This document shows, piece by piece, positions 56,058 through 64,000 of a DNA stretch of 64,000 bases (the stretch's first letter is position 1; each line of letters begins with the position of its first letter). The notes beneath the pieces were generated by a model. That model ran no database searches. It worked only from the letters and a program-made list of their open reading frames with translations, and was not told the DNA's origin. The position numbers and the translations under genes are program-made. Origin of the DNA: Antedon mediterranea (lineage: Eukaryota > Animalia > Echinodermata); NCBI RefSeq assembly GCF_964355755.1, contig NC_092676.1, positions 13,284,771-13,348,770 of the forward strand. The letters run 5' to 3'.

Positions 56058-57856
56058 TAGTGAACTATAGAGTCGCTTCCACGCGACTAAAAACTAAGCA
56101 GGTTGTACTCTGGAACGCAAGCTGGCAGGAAAATTTTGAATATTTTTTGTTGTTGAAATGATGGAATCCTAATTTCAATTTCCACGAACTGGAGACGAAG
56201 ACATATTACGACCCTTTTATTTAAATTTATTTGGATAGACCTCCATGTAAATTCATTAAAGGCTATATGATTGTTTTATATTTTAATATGTGATAGTAGA
56301 AAATCATTGTGTATAATGAGGACTATGAATCTGATATTTACTTGCATTCTCATCTTTTTTAAATTTTATTTATAATGCTGGCACTGGCACACCTCTAACC
56401 TCTCCAGTTCGTGGAAAATGAACAAAAAATATTCAAAATATCCTGCCAGTTTGCGTTCAGTACAACCTGCTTAGTTTTTAATACGAGTACTGCTTTCTAT
56501 ACACATAACTTTGATTTCTGCAAAAAAAAAAAAAAAATCTCTGTAATAATGTACTATTTAATTACTGTAATAATCTAGGCATAGATTATGTTGACCAGGA
56601 CGAGGACGATCGACTGTACAGTACTACCATAAGTCCTCTAGGTGCATACAACTTATTTCTTGTCTACAAAGTGTACAGTAGTATGCTAATAGTACTATTA
56701 TTAGATTAGGTAGTTGGAGTAGTTTGGAGAGATACCATCTATTTATAAGAGAGTACTTTATATTTATAGATATAATACCAATAGGTACCATGTATTGGGA
56801 TGCAATTCAACAGTTATGAATAAAAAAAACTCTGTATGCTTTTTTCTGGCTGTGAAATATAAAATTGTTAAATGAAAAAGAAAATTTAGGGTGATCATCC
56901 CAGCATTTACAGTCTAAATTTGATCTTTATGCAACAATAGGCATAAATGATTTTTTAATTAACAGGTATAAAAGCAAATTAAAAGCCCTACGTACTCTGT
57001 ATGTTGGAGGAAATAAGCATAAGTGCAAATAAATCCTTGACCACAGGATGTAATTCACTATTTGGAATCAGTAGTACACGACTGCTGGACCATAATGTGG
57101 TCCAGGTTGACGGGCCAGGAATGATGGTAGTGCCCAGTATACAGTGTAGTTTAGCCTCAAGGCAATACCATGTAGCTGGATTAGCTTGGAGAAATACACT
57201 AGAGATTTCATGAGATTTGCTGTGTGATGATTCAGTTTGATAATTAGCTGTGAAAAAAAATTGTTGAATTATGAAGAAAATATTGTAAAATATAACAAGG
57301 AAGTTATACTAGTAAAGTATAATCATGGAGAAATAAGTTGCTTAAGTCAAATTTGTAAGTACTGTTTAGTAAGTAGAGTTTAATACTTTGATTTATACTT
57401 TGTTTAAATATTCTGATAACTGATATCCGTTATAATATATGAACTATATTACACAAAAGAAATATAAATGAATTTATAAGGACATGATTATCAATATAAT
57501 TTAATATTATGTTCATATTATTATATTATATCATAGAGATTTTCAAAAACATAGTTTGGTAACATTTAGTTTCTGTTTCAGACCTTTAATATTTGGAAAT
57601 AACCTATAATAATTATAAAACATTCTTGTTTTCAATGCCATTATGCGGTTAAAAACAAGTACAGCAGCATGCATATGTAGATACAGTACACCTATATATT
57701 GTGAGAACATAATTTCAATAATTTCTTTGTTAGTTATCAACCTAGGGGTTAAATTATTAGGAAAACATTGGTTTATTTTTTATATGTGTACAAAAATTCG
57801 TTCTTCTAGCCTCAGATCATTCATGAAGTTAGACATAAATCACATAAATTAGTATT

Positions 57857-60800
57857 ACAAAAACATCAAAGTGCACAGAATATCTCCAAATCGCATTTGG
57901 AGACGTTTTAAACCATTTTGTGCATTTCGATGAAACTTAGTTACACAAAAACATCAAAGTGCTTAAAATCACATTTAAAACCATTTTAGAGCATTTTGAG
58001 CATTTCGATAAAACTTTTCACACAAAAACATCAAAGTGTACAAAATAGCTTCAAATCGCATTTAGAGAGGTTTTAGACCAGTTTGTGCATTTCGATAAAA
58101 CTTTTCACACAAAAACATCAAATTGCACTAAAAATAGCTTAATACCGTGTTTGAAATCATTTTAAACCATTTTGAGCATGTCGATAAAACTTTTCACACA
58201 AAAACATCAAAGTGCACAGAATAGCTTCAAATCGCATTTGGAGACGTTTTAGACCATTTTGTGCATTTCGATAAAACTTTTCACACAAAAACATCAAAGT
58301 GCACAAAATAGCTTCAAATCGCATTTAGAGACGTTTTATAACATTTTGTGCATTTCGATGAAACTTGGTTACACAAAAACATCAAAGTGCTTAAAATCAC
58401 ATTTGACCGTTTTAGAGCATTTTGAGCATTTCGATAAAACTTTTTACACAAACACATCAAAGTGCACAAAATAGCTTCAAATCGCATTTAGAGATGTTTT
58501 AGACCATTTTGTGCATTTCGATAAAACTTTTCACACAAAAACATCAAATTGCACAAAATAGCTTAATACCGTGTTTGAAATCGTTTTAAACCCATTTTGA
58601 GCATGTCGATAAAACTTTTCACACAAAAACATCAAAGTGCACAGAATAGCTTCAAATCGCATTTTGAGACGTTTTAGACCATTTTGTGCATTTCGAAAAA
58701 ACTTTTTAACATAAAAACACCAAAGTGCTTAGAATAGCTTCAAATCTCATTTGGAGACGTTTTAGACCATTTTGTGCATTTCGATGAAACTTGGTTACAC
58801 AAAATATCAAGGTGTACAGAATAGCTTCAAATTGCATTTGGAGACGTTTTAGACAATTTTGTGCATTTCAAAAAAATGTGTTAACATAAAAAGACCAAAG
58901 TGTTTAGAATATCTTCAAATGGCATTTGGAGGCGTTTTAGACCACTTTGTGCATTTCGATTTCACAAACAAATGCACAAAATAGCTTAATATCGTATTTG
59001 AAAGCGTTTTAGACCATTTTGAGCATTTCGTTAAAACTTTTCACACAAAAACATCAAAGTGCACAAAATAACTTCAAATCGCATTTAGAGACGTTTTATA
59101 CCATTTTGTGCATTTCGATGAAACTTGGTTACACAAAAACATCAAAGTGCTTAAAATCACATTTAAAACCGTTTTAGAGCATTTTGAGCATTCCGATAAA
59201 ACTTTTCACACAAAAACATCAAAGTGTACAAAATAACTTCAAATCGCATTTAGAGAGGTTTTAGACCATTTTGTGATTTTCGAAAAAACTTTTTAACATA
59301 AAAAACACCAAAGTGCTTAGAAATGCTTCAAATCGCATTTGGAGACGTTTTAGACCATTTTGTGCATTTCGATGAAACTTGGTTACACAAAAACATCAAA
59401 GTGCTTCAAATCACATTTGAAACCGTTTAGACCATTTTGAGCATTTCGATAAAACTTTTCACACACAAATATCAGAGTGCACAAAATAACTTAATATCGT
59501 ATTTGAAAGCGTTTTAGACCATTTTGAGCATTTCGATAAAACTTTTCACACAAAAACATCAAATTGCACAAAATTGCTTAATATCGTGTTTGAAAACGTT
59601 TTAAACCATTTTGACCATTTCGATAAAACTTTTCACACAAAAACATCAAAGTGTACAAAATAGCTTCAAATCGCATTTAGAGAGGTTTTAGACCATTTTG
59701 TGCATTTCGATAAAACTTTTCACACAAAAACATCAAAGTGTACAAAATAACTTCAAATCGCATTTAGAGACGTTTTAGACCATTTTGTGCATTTCGATAA
59801 AACTTTTCACACAAAAACATCAAATTGCACAAAATAGCTTAATATCGTGTTTGAAAACGTTTTAAACCATATTGAGCATGTGGATAAAACTTTTCACACA
59901 AAAACATCAAAGTGCACAGAATAGCTTCAAATGGCATTTGGAGACGTTTTAGACCATTTTGTGCATTTCGAAAAAACTTGTTAACAGAAAAACATCGAAG
60001 TGCTTAGAATAGCTTCAAATCGCATTTGGAGACGTTTTAGACCATTTTGTGCATTTCGATGAAACTTGGTTACACAAAAACATCAAAGTGCTTAAAATCA
60101 CATTTGAAACCGTTTTAGACCATTTTGAGCATTTCGATAAACTTTTCAAACACAAATATAAAAGTGCACAAAATAACTTAATATCGTATTTGAATGCGTT
60201 TTAGACAATTTTGAGCATTTCTACAAAACTTTTTCAAACAAAATATCAAAGTGTACAGAATAGCTTCAAATTGCATTTGGAGACGTTTTAGACCATTTTG
60301 TGCATTTCGATAAAATTTGTTAACATAAAAAGACCAAAGTGTTTAGAATATCTTCAAATCACATTTGGGGACGCTTTAGACCATTTTGTGCATTTCGATG
60401 AAACTTGGTTACACAAAAACATCAAAGTGCTTAAAATCACATTTAAAACCGTTTTAGAGCATTTTGAGAATTTCGATAAAACTTTTCACACAAAAACATC
60501 AAAGTGTACAAAATAGCTTCAAATCGCATTTAGAGAGGTTTTAGACCATTTTTGTTCATTTCGAAAAAACTTGGTAACATAAAAACATCGAAGTGCTTAG
60601 AATAGCTTCAAATCGCATTTGGAGACGATTTAGACCATTATGTGATTTTCGAAAAAACTTTTTAACATAAAAACACCAAAGTGCTTAGAAATGCTTCAAA
60701 TCGCATTTGGAGACGTTTTAGACCATTTTGTGCATTTCGATGAAACTTGGTTACACAAAAACATCAAAGTGCTTAAAATCACATTTGAAACCGTTTAGAC

Positions 60801-61060
60801 CATTTTGAGCATTTCGATAAAACTTTTCACACACAAATATCCAAGTGCATAAAATAGCTTAATATCGTATTTGAAAGCGTTTTAGACCATTTTGAGCATT
60901 TCGATAAAACTTTTCACACAAAAACATCAAAGTGCACAAAATAGCTTCAAATCGCATTTGGAGACGTTTTAGACCATTTTGTGCATTTCGAAAAAACTTG
61001 TTGACACAAAAACATCGAAGTGCTTAGAATAGCTTCAAATCGCATTTGGAGACGTTTTAG
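57857..61060 (+). repeat. Satellite DNA array, block 3 (most diverged edge)
   Basis: Same monomer family with more private substitutions and indels; ends at ...gagacgttttag (61060). Confidence 0.96.
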
Positions 61061-61062
61061 TA

Positions 61063-64000
61063 TCAAAAACAATATTTATTTTCAATTAAAAAAAAAGAAA
61101 AAAATATTCCTAGCTAGAGGTTCGAACGCACTACTGAGAGAACTCAAACCTGAGCATTACCGGTTACGCCACAACACAGTAGATGAGTGAAGAGCTGATA
61201 ATAGTCTATTTATATGAAATGAATGATCAATCAATGAAAAATAATGTTATGCAACTTTGTTTCTGATTTTAAAAAAGGTCCACTTATTTAGGCCTGACAT
61301 TTACAACACTCAAAATATCTCATTTAAAAAAAAAAAATTATTTTCAATTAAAAAAAAAAAGAAAAAAGAAATATCCCTAGAGGTTCGAACCCACTACTGA
61401 GAGCACTCAGACCTGAGTATTACCCGTTACGCCACAAACCAGTAGATGACCGAGGAGCTGATAATAGTCTATTTATATGAAATGAATGATCAATCAATGA
61501 AAAATAATGTTATGCAACTTTGTTTCTGATTTTAAAAAAGGTCCACTTCTTTACGCCTGACATTTACAACCCTCAAAATATCTCATTTTCAAACAAAATA
61601 TTTATTTTCAATTAAAAAAACAAAACAAAAAGAAATATCCCTAGAGGTCCGAACCCACTACGGAGAGCACTCAGACCTGAGTATTACCCGTTACGCCATA
61701 AACCAGTAGATGACTGAGGAGCTGATAATAGTCTATTTATATAAAATTAATGATCAATCAATGAAAAATAATGCCATGCAACTTTGTTTCTGATTTTATA
61801 AAAGGTCCACTTGTTTAGGCCTAACATTTACAACCCTCAAAATATCTCACTTTCAAAAACAATATTTATTTACATTTAAAAAAAAAAAAAAAAATATCCT
61901 TAGAGGTACGTGCGAACCCACTACTGCGAGCACTCAAACTTGAGCATTACCCGCTACGCCACAAACCAGTAGATGACTGAAGCGCTAATACAGTAATACT
62001 CTATTTATATGAAATGAATAATAAATCAATGAAAAATAATGCCATGCAACTTTGTTTCTGATTTTAAAAAAGGTCCACTTGTTTAGGCCTGGCATTTACA
62101 ACCCTCAAAATATCTCACTTTCAACAACCATATTTATTTTCAATTTAAAAAAAAAAAAAAAAAAAAATATCCCTAGAGGTTCAAACCCACTACTGAAAGA
62201 ACCCTAACCTGAGCATTACCGGTTACGCCACAAACCAGTAGATGACGGAAGAGATCATAATAGTCTATTTATATGAAATGAATGATCAATCAATGTAAAA
62301 TGATGTTATGCAACTTTGTTTCTGATTTTAAAAGAGGTCCACTTATTTAGGCCTGACATTTACAACCCTCAAAATATCTCATTTAAAAAAAAAATTATTT
62401 TCAATTAAAAAAAAAAGAAAAAAGAAATATCCCTAGAGGTTCGAACCCACTACTGAGAGCACTCAGACCTGAGTATTACCCGTTACACCACAAACCAGTA
62501 GATGACCGAGGAGCTGATAATAGTCTATATATATGAAATGAATGATCAATCAATGAAAAATAATGTTATGCAACTTTGTTTCTGATTTTAAAAAAGGTCC
62601 ACTTCTTTAGGCCTGACATTTACAACCCTCAAAATATCTCATTTTCAAAAATAATTTTTATTTTCAATTAAAAAAAAAAGATAAAAGAAGTATCCCTAGA
62701 GGTTCGAACCCACTACTGAGAGCACTCAGACCTGAGTATTACCCGTCACGCCACAAACCAGTAGATTACTGAAGAGCTGATAATACTCTATTTATATGAA
62801 ATAAATAATAAATCAATGAAAAATAATGCCATGCAACTTTGTTTCTGATTTTAAAAAAGGTCCATTTGTTTAGGCCTGACATTTACAACCCTCAAAATAT
62901 CTCATTTTCAAAAAAAATATTTATTTTCAATAAGAAAAAAAAAGCAATATCCCTAGAGGTTGGAACCCACTACTGAGAGCACTCAAACCTGGGTATTACC
63001 ACTTACGCCACAAACCGGTAGATGACTGAAGAGCTGATAATATGAAATTAATAATCAATCAATGAAAAATAATGCCATGCAACTTTTTTTCTGATTTTAA
63101 AAATGGTCCACTTGTTTAGGCCTGACATTTACAACCCTCAAAATATCTCACTTTCAAAAACAATATTTATTTTCAATAAAAAAAAAAGAAAAAAAATACC
63201 CGTATAGTTTCGAACCCACAGCTGAGAGCACTCAAACCTGAGCATTACCCGTTACGCCACAAACCAGTAGATGACTGAGGAGCTGATAATAGTCTATTAT
63301 ATGAAATTAATGATCAATCAATGAAAAATAATGCCATGCAACTTTGTTTCTGATTTTTAAAAAGGTCCACTTGTTTAGGCCTGACATTTACAACCCTCAA
63401 AATATCTCACTTTCAAAAACCATATTTATTTTCAATTTAAAAAAAAAAGAAAAAAAATATCCCTAGAAGTTCGAACCCACTATTGAAATCACTCAAGCCT
63501 GAGTATTACCCGTTACTCCGCAAACCAGTAGATGACTGAAGAGCTGATAATAGTCTATTTATATGAAATAGATGATCAATCAATGAAAAATAATGCCATG
63601 CAACTTTGTTTCTGATTTTAAAAAAGGTCCACTTGTTTAGGCCTGGCATTTACAACCCTCAAAATATCTCACTTTCAACAACCATATTTATTTTCAATTT
63701 AAAAAAAAAAAAAAAAAAAAAAATATCCCTAGAGGTTCAAACCCACTACTGAAAGAACCCTAACCTGAGCATTACCGGTTACGCCACAAACCAGTAGATG
63801 ACTGAAGAGATCATAATAGTCTATTTATATGAAATGAATGATCAATCAATGTAAAATGATGTTATGCAACTTTGTTTCTGATTTTAAAAGAGGTCCACTT
63901 ATTTAGGCCTGACATTTACAACCCTCAAAATATCTCATTAAAAAAAAAAATTATTTTCAATTAAAAAAAAAAGAAAAAAGAAATATCCCTAGAGGTTCGA
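61063..64000 (-). repeat. Second tandem array, ~260-bp unit, >11 copies, runs off the window
   Basis: The landmark ctagaggttcgaac (or variant) occurs at ~61114, 61377, 61641, 61900, 62173, 62433, 62696, 62953, 63203, 63463, 63729 and 63989. Length variation comes mostly from the A-run. Confidence 0.97.
61375..61441 (-). ncRNA. tRNA-derived Pol III-type unit (representative copy; one per 260-bp repeat); not a canonical tRNA
   Basis: Minus strand: TGGTTTG TGGCGTAACGG (A box, 61434-61424) GTAATACTCAGGTCTGAGTGCTCTCAGTAGTG GGTTCGAACC (B box, 61391-61382) TCTAGGG ATATTTCTTTTTTC(T)n. A-B spacing of ~32 nt is tRNA-like. Acceptor and anticodon stems do not pair. Confidence 0.55.

Larger units (their letters stand above)
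55264..56088 (-). mobile_element. Non-autonomous Helentron-associated element (HINE; DINE-1/pearl/Tsp-like)
   Basis: Subterminal inverted repeat agtcgcgtg (55282-55290) / cacgcgact (56080-56088). Terminal hairpin agtcgc-ttccac-gcgact (56071-56088). Short GC hairpin ggccaacagcc (55267-55277) at the other end. Two core repeats (gcatagtgataccggacc...gacatagtgaactata), each with a (GACA/GACC)n microsatellite. Absent from the paired inverted-repeat arm and inserted in an A/T run. Confidence 0.8.
54430..57320. repeat. Long inverted repeat: left arm ~54430-55263 plus 56089-56195, spacer ~56196-56400, right arm ~56401-57320
   Basis: An identical 70-aa ORF lies on opposite strands (54533-54745 -, 57001-57213 +). 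Arms match base-by-base with scattered substitutions and indels (e.g. tccacgaactggaga 56181-56195 vs tctccagttcgtgga 56401-56415). Confidence 0.93.
53322..57856. other. Non-satellite island, a composite of transposon-derived fragments
   Basis: Sharp borders with satellite on both sides. It begins CACCCGATTC and contains short and long inverted repeats plus a HINE-like insert. No TSD, no matching terminus at the right end, and satellite phase is not conserved across it. Confidence 0.7.

Noticed and set aside
54533-57213. Duplicated 70-aa gene MLEEISISANK... on both strands
   Set aside because: Identity is explained by the inverted repeat, and there is no recognisable domain or independent coding evidence.
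3831-60516. Dozens of near-identical 60-124-aa ORFs (MCISKKFVNIKRPKCLEYLQ...) resembling a peptide gene family
   Set aside because: They are translations of satellite monomers, mostly from TTG/GTG starts. Monomer lengths of 88 and 71 bp shift frames, stops recur at fixed satellite positions, and there is no gene structure.
61110-63800. Functional tRNA gene cluster
   Set aside because: Acceptor and anticodon stems do not pair and the T-stem is only partial. Kept only as tRNA-derived Pol III-like units.

Overview
Eukaryotic (animal, probably marine invertebrate; inferred) heterochromatin-type window with no intact protein-coding gene. About 75% is one AT-rich tandem satellite with 87/88/78/71-bp monomer variants, all in the same orientation (2328-42206, 48498-53321, 57857-61060). 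It shows nested duplications and a near-perfect 3611-bp higher-order repeat. The array is bounded or interrupted by: (i) on the left, a decayed putative DNA-transposon end (CAC terminus, RQxYHxxSFVGNH-type transposase remnant); (ii) a near full-length but inactivated ~6.3-kb Tx1/L1-type LINE on the minus strand, inserted at a TTTT/AA site, whose 3' UTR holds a repeated, covarying stem-loop; (iii) a 4.5-kb island with a ~0.95-kb-arm inverted repeat, one arm of which carries a Helentron-associated (DINE-1/HINE-like) element; (iv) at the right end, a second ~260-bp tandem array in which units carry, on the minus strand, a TATA-like box, A box, B box and oligo-T, the layout of a tRNA-derived Pol III cassette. 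The many short 'MCISKK...' ORFs are translation artefacts of the satellite.
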